The notes under the pieces were generated by a model, which saw only the letters and a program-made list of their open reading frames with translations, had not been told where the DNA came from and made no database searches. A program made the position numbers and the translations under genes. Below are positions 40,108 to 53,943 of a stretch of DNA of 64,000 nt, piece by piece (the stretch's first letter is position 1; each line of letters starts with the position of its first letter). Source of the DNA: Eledone cirrhosa (Eukaryota); assembly GCA_964016885.1 (NCBI GenBank), contig OZ024742.1:146630001-146694000 (forward strand). Reading direction: 5' to 3'.

Positions 40108-42250
40108 AATCTGTACCACATGGATATTGATAATTACAATGAGTTCATTTATAAAGAACTCGGGAAAAATTATAAAAAAACAAATAATGCGGCACTTACC
40201 AATATCAACAACAAAACACATAACATAGTAAATAAACTCAATATTGAAGATAGAACTGAACCTTTGGCACTGAAAAAAACACACTTTAACCTGAAAGATC
40301 ACAAATCTAATTTTAACTCTAATCCTTCTATAAGACTTATATGCCCTTCCAAATCTGACATTGGCATCATTAGTAAAAAATTTTTAGATAGAGTCATCCC
40401 ACAATTAAGAAAACATGTTAATTTACCACTCTGGGAAAACACATCCCAGGTAATTAACTGGTTTACTAATATTAGAAATAAATCATCTGCTTCATTTCTA
40501 CAATTCGATATAGATGCTTATTATCCCTCTATATCACCCATACTCCTGAACAAAGCCTTGATATTTGCCAAAAATAGATCAAACTTAACTATGGATGACA
40601 TTAATATTATCACGCACGCTAGACAAACACTACTGGAATTTCAGAAGGAATACTGGACCAGAAATACATATAGTAATCTATTCGACATTACTATGGGCTC
40701 TAGCGATTCTGCCCAAATTACCGATCTTGTGGGCCTCTTTCTTCTATTTAACATAAATGCTTCTTTTCCACACCTTAAAGGTGGTTTATATCGTGATGAG
40801 AGTCTTCTTCTTTTCACTAACCTTAGCCTATCAGAAATTGAAAAAAATAAAAAACTTATTAGAACTTTCCTCAAAGACTATTATAGTCTTACTATTACAT
40901 TTGAAAACACCAGTAAAGTAGTTAATTTCCTTGATATAACTTTAGACTTATCTACGGGTATCTACCAACCTTACCATAAACCTAACCAAAACTCACATTA
41001 CATACACTCACAATCCAATCACCTTAGATCTATCCTTAAAAACCTAGCATATAATATCTCACTCAGAATTTCTAACCTTTCATCTAACCAGGATGTATTC
41101 GATAAAAATGCGACCTTTTATAGCGAAGCTTTAGCTAGAAGTGGCCACAAAAACAAATTAGTCTATATACCTTGTAACAATAATACTACAAACATACAAC
41201 CCAATATTACCAACAAACACCAAATGAAAAATACACATCTAAATGCCACTCACACTATACCCCAAAATACCAACTTAAAACTTAATTTCTCTACCTCTTC
41301 TCACATACAATATAATAACTTTCAAAAAACCATTCATCCTAATACTCCAATATATGTTAATAACATTACTAACAAAATTCCTAATAATCAGACTAAAACG
41401 CCTAAATCAGTGAATCTAACTAAACATATGTATAATAAATTCACTAATACTAACTCTCTTAGTAAACATCAGGATACATCGTATAAAAATAAAAAACAAC
41501 ATCGGAACCGTAATAGACGAGTTACTTGGTATAATGCTCCATTTAATCTACAAATTAAAGATAATATCCCTAACAAATGTTTAACTATCCTAGAGAAAAA
41601 CTTCCCGCCAAACCATAAATACCATCAAATTTTAAATAGATCAACAGTCAAATTCTCCTACTCCACTACCAAAAATATACAACAAAATATAAGTGCCTAC
41701 AATGCATATAAATGTAAAACAAAAACATGAATATACCACCAACACATCAAACTAACCATAATACTAAAATAAACCGCAGCAACCACCTTCTCCTTCACAT
41801 ACAACAAGTCGAGTAAATTCCACACCTAATTTGACTAACTCCCCTGATATAATATTCACGAATGGTTGTAACTGTAGAAACAAAGCAAATTGCCCATTAA
41901 AAGGAAATTGCCTTATTAATAACATCGTATATAAATGTAAAATTAGCACTAAGGTCTCAACTTATTCATATATAGGAGCTACTTCTAACCAATTTAAAGT
42001 AAGATTTAATACCCACAAACACAGTTTTAAAAATGCCGCATTAGCTAATACAACATCCTTGGCTGAAATAATTAATAATTATAGAAAAAAGAATATCGAT
42101 TATAACCTGACCTGGAGTGTGCTCAAAATAACAGATATGAGTGTGGATTATGTTCCCAGGAACTTTTTGAAATAATGAAATCTAAGGATATCCTATTAAA
42201 TAAGCGACAAGAATTAATTATATCGTGCAATCATAGAATTAGAAGAACTT
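40108..42250 (+). pseudogene. PLE RT plus GIY-YIG, 5'-truncated and inactive
   Basis: LKDHK, FDIDAYYPSI, FDITMGS, YRDE (catalytic DD lost), VNFLD, CNCRNKANCPLKGNC, NIVY..YIGAT; frameshifts. Confidence 0.9.
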
Positions 42251-42985
42251 TCAAATATTATAAACCTAATTAATATACACTTATATTTTACAAATTATTA
42301 TAATTATTTTTTTTTAATTTAGTTAACCTATAATTAGTATTTTACTACTGAGAACTTTATAATTTTATTTCCCTTTTACAGCTATCTTTTCCTAAAATTA
42401 ATACCTATAAGTATACATTTAAACTATTTTAATTTCCTGTTTTGAATCTAAATTCCTTGTAGTCTATATAAGTTTGTTATTTCTCACTAATACATTTATC
42501 CCCCCCAAATTTTTTTCCCCTCGTTTTTAACAACATTCTTTAATAACATCTAACTCTTATTTATCACATCTATATGAATTAATATAAATGTATCCCTATA
42601 AGTATACCTATCAATTAAATTAATTTAATTTCTTTTTATAAATCTAAATTACTTATGTTTTAAATAAGATTGGTATTTCTCACTAACACATTTATCCTAA
42701 AATGTTATTCTCCTTCGATTTTAACATTAGCATTATTCTTTAATAACATCAAATTTTCGTGTACCTTTCACTGGCTTGACCCCAAAGTAATCTTTTCATT
42801 CAAAGTATTCTTTTCATTCAAAACTGAAGTCTGCATTCCTCTACCCCTAAATTACATTTCTACTACTACTATTCTATCAACTTGACCACTTACTACTTTT
42901 CTATTGGTCAATTCAAAACCTGTTCCCAAAAAAGACCTATTATATTAAATCTTTGTTGGTTTTTTTGTCAATAAACAAATATCAT

Positions 42986-43123
42986 TATTTCTGAAGACAC
43001 CATATATATATATATGTGTGTAGGTATGTATATTCCCTCTGATAGTTTGTAAAATTTTTACATAGCTCTATATGATATACATACCAACACACACATATAT
43101 ATCCTAGAAACGATCGTAAAATG
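42986..43123 (+). ncRNA. Hammerhead motif with about 110-nt stem II insert
   Basis: UAUUU-CUGAAGA-...-GAAAC-GAUC-GUA-AAAUG. Confidence 0.58.
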
Positions 43124-43178
43124 ATGAATTTTTTAATATAAGGAACTGTTTCTTTGTTTTTATTCATTGTTTTTATTA

Positions 43179-43229
<51 letters not shown>

Positions 43230-43230
<1 letters not shown>

Positions 43231-43428
43231 GGGATAATAGATTATCGTTTTAGGCATCCACTTAGATGTAGTCCAGTTAGAGTACTCCGTGTAGTGGATG
43301 GTATTAGTTTGACTCAACAAGACGTTTCCATGGTGATGCTGCGAGTTCGCGGTGATTTCTATGTAGTTTATACTTGGAGTAATAATAGTTCAAGAAATAA
43401 GAGTGACATGGTTTGCTATACAATAAGT
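43230..43428 (-). mobile_element. 3' tail of the HHR family at 27561-29080
   Basis: Reverse complement is colinear with 28868-29078. Confidence 0.85.
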
Positions 43429-45339
43429 CGACAACACCACTTTCCGCCACTTGGCCCATAACGCTATTACTTCCAAATATAAGAAAGCTAACCCTATGGC
43501 CTGCCACGACATTAATACAGAAGCCAAAGAACTTGCCGCCGCCCTTAAGGTAGATAAGAAGCTACAATCTCTAGCTAAGCAGGAGGCGTTCCTCACCTTG
43601 AAAGATCACAATGTAGACTAATAAACCCGGCACGCACAGATATGGGACTAGTCAGTAAGGCCATACTTAGCAACATAGTTAAGACCATTAGGATAAAGTC
43701 CAATCTGCCCCAGTGGGAGAACAGCGACTCCGTAATTAAGTGGTTTAACTCCTTAAAATCCAAAAAAGCGAAGTTCACACAGTTTGACATTGTCGATTTT
43801 TACCCGTCGATCTCAGAGACCCTGTTAAACAAAGCGTTGGACTTCGCTACGACTTGCACCACCGTCGATGGTTTAGACAGGGAAATCATCGCTCACTGCC
43901 AGAAAACCCTCCTCTTCAACGATGGAGTAGCCTGGGCAAAGAAGTCTACAACTTCAGACCTATTCGACGTCTCCATGGTATCGTTTGACAGTGCTGACGT
44001 ATGTGACTTGGTTGGCCTATTTATTTTAGACATATTACGTGTTAGATTCCCGGACTTCCACGCGAGAATATACCGCGACGATGGACTGACCTTATCGAGC
44101 CATAAAAGTGGTCACGACCTCGACCGGTTTAAAAAAGACTTAGCTTCAACCTTCAATGAGTTAGGACTTAGGATAACAGTAGCTACCAACCTCTCTAGTG
44201 TAGATTTCTTAGACATCAATTTAGACCTTCGCACACACACCTACAGACCCTTCCATGAGCTAAACGAAAAACTCAATTACATTCACAAGGACTCATGCCA
44301 CCCTCCCACTGATTTTAGAAACTTCGTAAATAATATCGGTACTAGAATCTCAAACCTCTCCTCTAATAAGGCTATCTTTGACAGGGCGGCACCCTACTAT
44401 AACACGGTGTTAGCTAACAGCGGCTTCTCACAACCTATCACTTACTCTCCCACTATCAACAACAGCAATAAGAAAGCGCAACAATAGACAAACTATCTGG
44501 TCTCGCCCCCCCTCCCCTCTCACTCAACGTTAACACCAATGTAGACAAAATATGTCTAGTCCTCTTAGATAGACACTTTCCCATAGGTCATAAATACCGC
44601 TCAATCTTTAACCGACACAAAGTAAAAGTAGGATACTCCTGCGCTAAGAACATGAAGGCCCACATCACCAGCAGCCCTAGGAACAATACCCCACCAGGGT
44701 GCTCTTGCCGTAAGCCCGAAGCTTTTCCCCTTTAACAGCAATGCAACACACCCACTGTAATTTATGAAGCTGTGGTCACTTCCAACCGACCAAATCAACC
44801 ACAGGAGGTCAAACCACCAGTCGATATTTAGGTACCCGGGCAGACGTTCATCCACGAAATTCGCGAGACACGTATGGTCCCTCAAGGACTCAAGTATAGA
44901 CTACTCCATTCAATGGGAAGCCATCACTAAGTCCAAGCCATACGCAGGGGGAAATCCGTCGTGTGGACTGTGTATTGACGAACGAATAAATATTCTAAAG
45001 AGATTATGCAATAGTGATTGCCTAAACACGAGAAATGAATTCTCCACACGTTGACCACGCATCTCGAACACCTCTTGCATAACTGCAAAGCTCCGGATTG
45101 AATTACAACATCATAATTTTCTTATCAACTAGAAACTTTTCGGACTTTCGCAGTTATCTCCCTTACACCTCTCACACGCATTTTAGTATTGCCTGTATGA
45201 GGTGACCGGTTTCTGCGCATGCGCGTTCGTACGGTTGTCCTTCCTGTTCCGTATAACCATGTCCATTACGAGCTGAGGATCCGCTAAGATGAAACAATTG
45301 TTTTCGGTATGGTGAACTAACTGACTGTTGTGTAACCAC

Positions 45340-45343
<4 letters not shown>
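43429..45343 (+). mobile_element. Penelope-like element, 5'-truncated, decayed
   Basis: LTLKDH, FDIVDFYPSI, YRDDGL, VDFLD and GIY-YIG remnants (TKFARHVW, CGLC, LNTRNE); HHR; ends in (TA)n. Confidence 0.9.
45263..45312 (+). ncRNA. Minimal type I hammerhead motif
   Basis: CGAG-CUGAGGA-uccgcuaagau-GAAAC-AAUU-GUU-UUCG. Confidence 0.72.
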
Positions 45344-45392
<49 letters not shown>

Positions 45393-45422
45393 CATACATA
45401 CACACACATACATGTGTGTATA

Positions 45423-45473
<51 letters not shown>

Positions 45474-46176
45474 TTGTAGTTTTAAATCAAAATGTTATCG
45501 ATATTATTCATAAGTAGGATATATTTTCTTTTAGAAGTTAATATCGATTTCCCTATGAAACTGGAGATTGTTCTATTATATTATTGTAATCTAGTGACAG
45601 TGCCACAGTAGTAATCGGGAGGGTGTGCCACAATTGTAATGGCAAGAGTGTGTCACAGTTGTAATGGAGAGACTGTGTTTCATGCTTGCCTTGAAGTACA
45701 CAAACTAATACAATGTGAAAATATCTTTAACAGAAACAAAAGTTTGATGAAACGTTTTAAGCAAACAGAATTCTTCATAAAAGTTATTTAAAGTAGATGA
45801 CTATGATTTAGAGATGGCTGAGTAATTCTTATCAAAGTATTGTTAGAAAGACTTCATGGTGAAAACCCACTGGGATATTGAAGAATCTCATTAATTTCAC
45901 AACAAATTGTTGCACAATGTCTGCATAATTTAGCTTATACAAAAACCATGGATAACAGAATCTTTAAGATATGAAGAAACAAGGGAGGAAAAAATGAATA
46001 GAGAAATATAATAAATTATTGAAACTAAACTACAATATTTTTCATAATATAGAGCAGTGTGAAGTCTGGCTTCGTGGAACATTTATTGTAATTTTATAAC
46101 AAAACACATTTTTATACAATTGTTTTCTTTTCATAACACACTCCTTATGTTTTGCTCAAGAATCCTATAAATATAT

Positions 46177-46488
<312 letters not shown>

Positions 46489-47557
46489 CATATATATATA
46501 CATATATACATATATACACATATATACATATACATATATATATATATAAATATATATATATGTAAATATAAATATATATGTATATATACCTTCCATGGTT
46601 CATTCTTTACTTTTTTCAATTTGTAAAAATGATCAGCGTGTTCCTCAAAAATAGGGAATACTAGCTTAGCTCCCTTTCACTGTCACATGACACTGATAGA
46701 GGTGCTAATTACTGTAATGGCCATTCCACACTGAAAACAGTGGGCTAGTGTTAGACCTGCTCCGAGGAGGCTAAGTCCTTGCTGATTAATTTACTCTTAG
46801 TCAATTAAGTAATGTTTAATAGCATTACATAATTTCTGTGCACGCCAGTTCAACATGGACTGTCGCCAGCAGATAGGGTAACAGGAACTAGTGCATTAGT
46901 CCGGGGGCAGAGAATTAAATTCTCTACTCACAGGAAATCGTTTCTCTCATAATTAACATATAACATATAAGTGTGCACTCTGCTTTCCTTTTTGGTTGAT
47001 ATCTTAATGATGCTGGATTAATTAAAGCATTGAGTGAATGACAGTCCAATTAACCCTCACAAATGAGATGACACAGGATCAAGATCTCTGGTGTCATGCA
47101 GTACTGCAGAAGAACCACCTTCCCATGTGCCCAAAATGAAATGAAACAAACATACATAGGACACACTAGTCTGCAGCAATCATCTCTCCACCCCCATTCA
47201 CTCTCCCCCATCGTAATACCCCACTCACACCTGCTAAATATCCCACATACCTAATTGATGTCAAACTTGATTACCTGACCTGATACACCTCACTTTCCCA
47301 GCCCATAAAAACTAGACATGCTCAAATATCTGATCTCCTGCAATGATATCTCCGAACCATGATAAAAAGCACAAAGTCCACCCTGTATGCTGATCCAGTG
47401 CGTCAACAACAAAAGTACCCAGTCCATCCTGTAAGATGGTCATGTTGGTGACATGACAAAAAGTGCCCAGTCCACACTATAAGGTGATCATGCTGGTGAC
47501 ACAACAAAAGGTGCCCAGTCCACACAGAATATATGTACATATATATATATATATATA

Positions 47558-47752
47558 ACAAATATAACAAATTTAATATAGAAATGGCTCCTACATGACT
47601 AGAACTGTTTTATTTGAAGGAAATCATCAGGAAATCATGAAACAGTCGTAGTCCTGTAAAAGCCATATCTATATTAAATTTGTTGTATACACTCTACAAA
47701 TGTATTGAATACCTTACTTACTGTGGTTACCCCTGATTGAACCCAGGGCTTA
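47558..47752. mobile_element. Short palindromic HHR element, family of 13722
   Basis: Mirror arms around about 47635; degenerate HHR halves; tail on the right. Confidence 0.75.
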
Positions 47753-47758
47753 CATATA

Positions 47759-47800
<42 letters not shown>

Positions 47801-47850
47801 AACCCATGCAAGCGTGGAACACGGACGTTAAACGTTGATGATGATGATGA

Positions 47851-47916
<66 letters not shown>

Positions 47917-47918
<2 letters not shown>

Positions 47919-49650
47919 CGAAAGGCTACTAAATGAGGAGAATAAATGGGAGAAGGACAGTCTCCCCCACATCGACCCAATAGAGGGACTAGCAGTGTTA
48001 GTTGAAGGTAGTATAATAGGTAAGGTAATCAAAGATATGAAGACGGGTAAGGCGGCTGGGCCTTCGGAAATAGTTGCTGAGATGCTGAAAGCCTCTGGAA
48101 CGGTGGGACACACCATGGTCACCCGGATAGTAAACCAAGTCATACAGAATGGGGTTGTTCTGAAGGACTGGCATAGCAGCATCATCATTAACTGTTACAA
48201 GGGTAAAGGAGATGCCCTAGATAGGAGTAACTATAGAGGCATTAAAGTAATCGACCAGGTCATGAAGGTCACGGAAAAAGTAATAGTGCAACTAATCAGA
48301 GAGCGAATTGATCTAGATGAAATGCAGTTCGGGTTTGTGTCAGACAAAAGTACCACAGACGCTCTTTTCATTGTACGACAACTACAGGAGAAGTACCTAG
48401 CTAAAAGTAAACCCCTATACTTAGCTTTTGTCGACTTGGAGAAAGCCTTCGACAGAGTCCCCCGTTCCATTATCTGGTGGGCTCTTAGAAAACTAGGTGT
48501 TGATGAATGGCTTGTGAGAGCTATAGAAGCCATGTATAAAGAAACAGTCAGTAAGGTTAGAATTAACAACGAATATAGAGAAGAGTTTAGCGTAAAAGTT
48601 GGTGTTCATCAGGGCTCTGTTCTTAGACCCCTACTATTTATTATTGCCCTTCAGGCTATAACAGTGGAGTTCAAGACCGGCTGCCCATGGGAACTCCTAT
48701 ACGCAGATGATCTAACGCTCATAGCTGAATCAATGGCCGAGCTAGAGAAGAAATTCCAAACATGGAAGCACAGCCTAGAATCAAAAGGCCTTAAAATTAA
48801 CCTGGCTAAGACTAAAGTTCTAGTTTGTAGGAAAGAAAATAAGGCGCCGGTCCCTTCCGTGAAATGGCCATGCTCAGTGTGTAGGAAAGGCATAGGTAGA
48901 AACTCCATTTTATGTTCCAAATGCAAAGTATGGGTGCATAAAAGATGTAGTGGGATCACAGGTAAGCTAACTAAGAACATAGATTTTACATGTGGCCGGT
49001 GCTCTGGTGCAATAAGTAGCAGCAAGTGCCCACAAATACTAGCTCTTTCAATTGCGCGGAGGGTTCTATAGAAATAGTGGACAGCTTCCGTTACCTGGGT
49101 AACAAAATCAGCAGTGGGGGAGGGTGCTCTGAAAGTACAGTAGCTAGAGTCAGAACTGGGTGGAAAAAGTTCAGAGAGCTTATACCACTATTAGCCGCTA
49201 AAGGGTTCTCTCTAAAAATGAAAGGCAGGCTGTATGATGCCTGCATACGAACAGCAATGTTGCATGGCTGTGAGACCTGGGCATTGTGTGCAGAGGATAT
49301 ATGCAGATTAGAGAGGAATGAAGCTTGCATGCTCTGCTGGATGTGTAATAGTAATATACGCGAACGGCAAAGCATAAACGAACTAAGGGAAACATTAGAA
49401 ATAAGAGGGATCAGATGTTGTTTACTCGAGAGACGGCTACGTTGGTATGGTCACGTGATGCGCATGAAAGACGACAGCTGTATAAAAAAGTGCAGAGTAA
49501 TAAAGATAGACGGTAGCCACGGAGTAGACCCAGAAAAACCTGGGACGACCTGATAAATTCCGACCTCACACACTTACACCTCTCCAAGACAATGTCACTG
49601 GACCGAGATCTTTGGCGGTACTCAGTAATAGAGAAGACCCGCCTTACCTG
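47917..49650 (+). pseudogene. RTE reverse transcriptase with internal PHD-like finger
   Basis: KAAGPS, NYRGIK, MQFGF, DLEKAFDRV, VHQGSVL, YADD and a C4HC3 motif; frameshifts near 49030 and 49530. Confidence 0.9.
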
Positions 49651-50040
49651 AATACAAACTAAAACCTACTACACTCAGTAGGCATCTCTAACAAAATACA
49701 CCCCCGTCCCACCACCCCCACCCCATCCACACCGCCCCTTTCAATGTAAAGTTATGTTGGTGCCACAACATCCAGGCCGAAACAAATGAGATCGTGTAGG
49801 TGTCACGACAAAAAAACACACAGTCCACGCTGTAATGTGGCCATGTAGGCAACACGGTAAAAACCTCCCAGTCCCACACTGTAAATGTGGTTGGTGTTAG
49901 GAAGGGCATCCAGCTGTAGAAAACCCGCCAGACAGTCCTATGCGAGCAAGACAACCACTCTTGCCTCAAGTGGGAAAACTCCCGTCCAAACCCATGCAAG
50001 CGTGGAAGATGTACGTTAAACGATGATGATGATGATGATA
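47917..50040 (+). mobile_element. 5'-truncated RTE-clade LINE
   Basis: RT ORF, RTE-type C-terminus (LRWYGHVMR), 3' UTR and (GAT)n tail. Confidence 0.93.
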
Positions 50041-50744
50041 TATATATACACACACTCATACACACAATTCAGAAGGAATAAGCAAGGTGTTTATTCTGTT
50101 AAAACCATTTATTTCTATGACCATTTTGATTAAGAGATATATTGTACCAATGGAATAAATTAATTAATCACTTAATTACTTATTTATATGGTATGAATAT
50201 TTCTCATTATCTCATCAGAAAAACATGGATTAATTAGAAGAGTCACTTGGTGCCATTATGTTATTACATTCAAGAGGAGAATGGAAGCATAAGAAAAGCA
50301 CAGAGTAAAGGAAGGATAACCTAGATGAGTCGTGTAGTGAAAACAGCTTATAAATTGTGTAGGAAGTAAAAATTTAATCTTGTGTAGGAAGTAAACATTT
50401 TTAGAGAGAATTACACTAAACAAAAATTCCCTACACAGCGTGAAAATGATATATAAATTATGTACATTGATAATCGTTATGGTGTTTTGTGTACTTAGTG
50501 GTATTGTCCATGATTACATTTACATATATATCATATAGTCATGAATTACACTAATTCACATGAAGAATGAACACAAATATAGGCATTTTCTGTTTAAATT
50601 CCAACCACCTGTTGATACATAAAAAAATATATCAACACATTTTTGAAATGATGATGATGAAATGATGATATACATACACAGGCACATACATACACAGGCA
50701 CATACATACACACATACACATACACACACATAGTAGTAATAAAA

Positions 50745-51930
50745 AATACAAAGACCAAAATCCAGAGAGGACTTCTGGAACTCTCACAATTTGGATTTAT
50801 CCCTAACTCCAGCTGCTGTGGCCAACTCATCGAGTTTCTTAAAGACATTACATGAATCATTGATGGTGACTCATAGGTGGATGTTATTTATCTTGACTTT
50901 GCTAAAGATTTTAATTCTGTGCCACACAAAAGACTTATGGCAAAATTCTCTGCGATGAGTGTGAGAGATGATCTTTATAACTGGTTGAAATCCTTCATTC
51001 TCAGTTGAAAAGGGGAAGTCACGGTTCTAGGACAGCATTCTTCACCCTATGAGATGATATCTGGTGTACTGCAGAGATCTGTTCTTGGTCCCCTTTTGTT
51101 TGTTGCATATATTAATGACATAGATGCCAACTTAAAGAATGCCACAGTACTGAAATATGCAGATGACATCAAGCTGTACTTTAAGATAAAAAGGACAGAT
51201 CGTGTATGCTATAGATCTTTCCTGCAATCAGACCTGGACACAATGCAGCAATGGATTATGGACTGGCAACTGAAGCTGGCTGTGGACAAGTGTACCACCA
51301 TGCATTTTGGTGTTCACATGCTCCCTCCACAACACCAATATCAAGAAGTCTTCTTGTGAACATGACCTGGGCATTATTGTCAACAGCAATTTGCATTGGA
51401 CAAAGCACATCTCTAAAATTGTCAAGAAGGCCGAGGGTGTCTTAGCATCACTCAGTAAAATCTTTGTCAGCTGCTCTGCAGCTATCTATTTAAAGCCCTA
51501 TGTAGCTATGGTACATCCACACTTTTCATCACCAATCTGAAACCCCTATCTTGCTCAGAATATTAATCTCCTGGAAACTGTTCAGAAATGTGCAACCAAA
51601 CGAATACCCTCCATCAAGCATCTTCCATACTCTGAACACTTGCTTCCATGGGCATAGATACATTAAAGCTCCAACATCTGGTAACTGATTTGGTAGACAC
51701 CCACAAGATTATAAATCATCTTTCCAATAACAACCCTGGGTACCATTTTGAATTCCATATGTCTAACACCCATGCATACAAAATCAGAAAACAGCACAGC
51801 TCCCATAACTTTCAGAAGTATGGAACAAACTACCTGCATCAGTTGTTAGCTGTCAGGACACTGCATCCTTCAAAACTTCCATGCTCCCCGAAATTCACTA
51901 ACACTACACCTGATATTCACCCTCCATACA
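50745..51930 (+). mobile_element. CR1/L2-type LINE relic, same family as 16870-17929
   Basis: VDVIYLDFAK, SVLGPLLF, YADDIKL; many stops. Confidence 0.88.
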
Positions 51931-52011
51931 CACAGATGCATGTGTATGTGTGTGTGTGTGGTGTGGTGTGAACATGTGTGTGTGTGTGTGTGTATCAAGT
52001 GTGTGTATCAA

Positions 52012-52160
52012 GTGACCCTCAGAGGTATCCCCACTTTTGGAAAATTTGATGTTTATTTCTTTAGTCTTTTTCATAAACCTTTTTACAGAAAACCCACACT
52101 GTACTGTCCTGTACCATCTTTATTGTCCTTGTAATGTAAGCTCTGTGTGGCTAATAAAGT
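52012..52160 (+). mobile_element. Tx1-family 3' UTR fragment
   Basis: Similar to 56095-56300 (AAACCCACA..TGTAC..GTCCTGTACC...AATAAAG). Confidence 0.6.
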
Positions 52161-52164
52161 AATT

Positions 52165-52332
52165 GGTAAAACGCTGGACACCATGCTTTTCAGCCTAGAG
52201 TTATGGCCCTTTATGGTCTGAGTTCAAATCCTGCTGAGGTTAGCTTTGTCTATCATCCTTAAATAAATCACCAGTAATGCACTGGGGTCAATTTAATCGA
52301 CTTTCCCTGCCCTCAAAATTGCTGGCCTTGAT
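52165..52332 (+). mobile_element. Degenerate SINE, family 1
   Basis: GAGTTCAAATCC box and diverged core. Confidence 0.7.
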
Positions 52333-52344
52333 TTTATTTAACTG

Positions 52345-52800
52345 GAAAATTCGCCTAAATGAACATCAAGCTGCTACCTGCAGCCTCAGATATTCAGGAT
52401 GTATCAGAGGGTCCTTGCTGTTCCCAGTAGGCATGCCTTTTGAAGTGTTCCAAAAAAGGGGGCTGGGCTAATATTCTTTAACCAACCTTGGAAGCTCTTC
52501 AAGATAGTGCCTAGTGCTCCTATGATGATCTCATGCCCTCCTGAATCCTTTTCAGTTCCCACTTTAAATCCTGATACCAGCTAATTTTCTCCTTCTCCTT
52601 TTCTTGCACTATTGTGTTAAAGGGGCAAGCTACATCTATAATCAAGCAATATCTTTTTTTTCTTGTCAAAATCCACCAGGTCAGGCTTATTGTGTTCTAA
52701 TTCTTTATCTGTTTGTATCCTGAAATCCCATAGCACCTTCACCTGATCACTTTCTATCACTGATGCTAGCTTATGCTCACACCACTTCTCAGAGTGGGGA
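52345..52800 (-). mobile_element. R4/Dong-type non-LTR relic (restriction-like endonuclease C-terminus)
   Basis: Translates to LWDFRIQTDKELEHNKPD...LIIDVACP...EKEKISWYQDL...IIGALG. Confidence 0.8.
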
Positions 52801-52814
52801 AATTATTTGTATTA

Positions 52815-53003
52815 ATTGTATCTACTTTTGTGGCACAAAGCCAGCAATTATCCCAGTGTATTACTGGTACTTTATTTTATCGACCCTGTAAGGATGAAAG
52901 GCAAAGTTTACCTCGGCGGGATTTGAACTCAGACCATAAAGGGCCGTAACTCTTTGCTGCAAAGCATGGCGTCCGACCCTCTACTGAATCTGCCAATCCA
53001 CCA
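52815..53003 (-). mobile_element. tRNA-derived SINE, family 1
   Basis: Reverse complement is colinear with 19675-19865. Confidence 0.88.
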
Positions 53004-53474
53004 AATCACTGTTCCTATGATATCATGCTTGGTACTGATGGTTTTGCTATATTCTCCTTAGAAAGGGAGAGAGAGCCAGTAGTGAAAGAAGCATACTTCT
53101 GGAAAACCAGATATGCTTTTTATAATTACAATATAATTAATTCATGCAAGACACAGTCCATACTTGGATTAGTCCATTACTGAAAAAGTCATGAATTTGT
53201 TGTTTTGATATGAGTCATGGCACTCTAACAGAAAACGGTTTTCAATGAAATAGAGTCGCAAAACACACACATACACACACATACACACACATATGTACAT
53301 AAACACATATACACATACATACACATACATACACATACATACACACATACATGTATATGTGTATATGTGTGCATGTATATATGTATATCTGTATATATAT
53401 ATATCCTAATGTTTGTTGAGTGAGACGGAAGCCGGTCGGAGTATTGCTTAAAGCTTACTCTGTTAATGTATTAA

Positions 53475-53510
<36 letters not shown>

Positions 53511-53943
53511 GTGTGTGTGTGAGTGTGTGTGCATGTATATATGCAAATATGTATATATATATGTGCGTGTGCATGAGTGCATGTATGTGTGTGTGTGTGT
53601 AGACTTTATGGATTGGTACAAGAGCAAAATAAGCACACCAATTAAACATCAAGCATTAACAATGGAAGTGATTGATTGAGTCTATCGATTGTTCAATCCA
53701 CATTCTCATATTCATGACAAAATTATTTCTGTTTAAAGAAATGGATATGTATTGAAAGTTATCTGGACATAATAGAGAGTTGGTCAGTAAATAGAAGCGT
53801 TCTGATATGGTTCAGTGATCATCTAATGTGTGAGCTGATGAAGAAGTTTCTTTTTGGTCGCCTCACTAGGTAAAAATAGCAGCCAAATCTCTTCGAAATA
53901 ACACCTGTCATTAGAAAATGTAAAAATACATACCAATAAAATA

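Larger units (their letters stand above)
38411..43182. mobile_element. Penelope-like element: 5'-truncated minus copy (38411-40107) joined head-to-head to a longer plus copy (40108-43182)
   Basis: 38548-40107 mirrors 41588-43182; RT and GIY-YIG; HHRs near both outer ends. Confidence 0.93.

Noticed and set aside
34646-45090. Selenocysteine-type or N-terminal-endonuclease PLEs
   Set aside because: Endonuclease is C-terminal; disruptions are frameshifts and mixed stop codons, not conserved TGA at Cys positions
45599-45675. CxxCxG (DnaJ-like) zinc-finger repeats
   Set aside because: Three 25-bp units, not a multiple of three, with stops nearby
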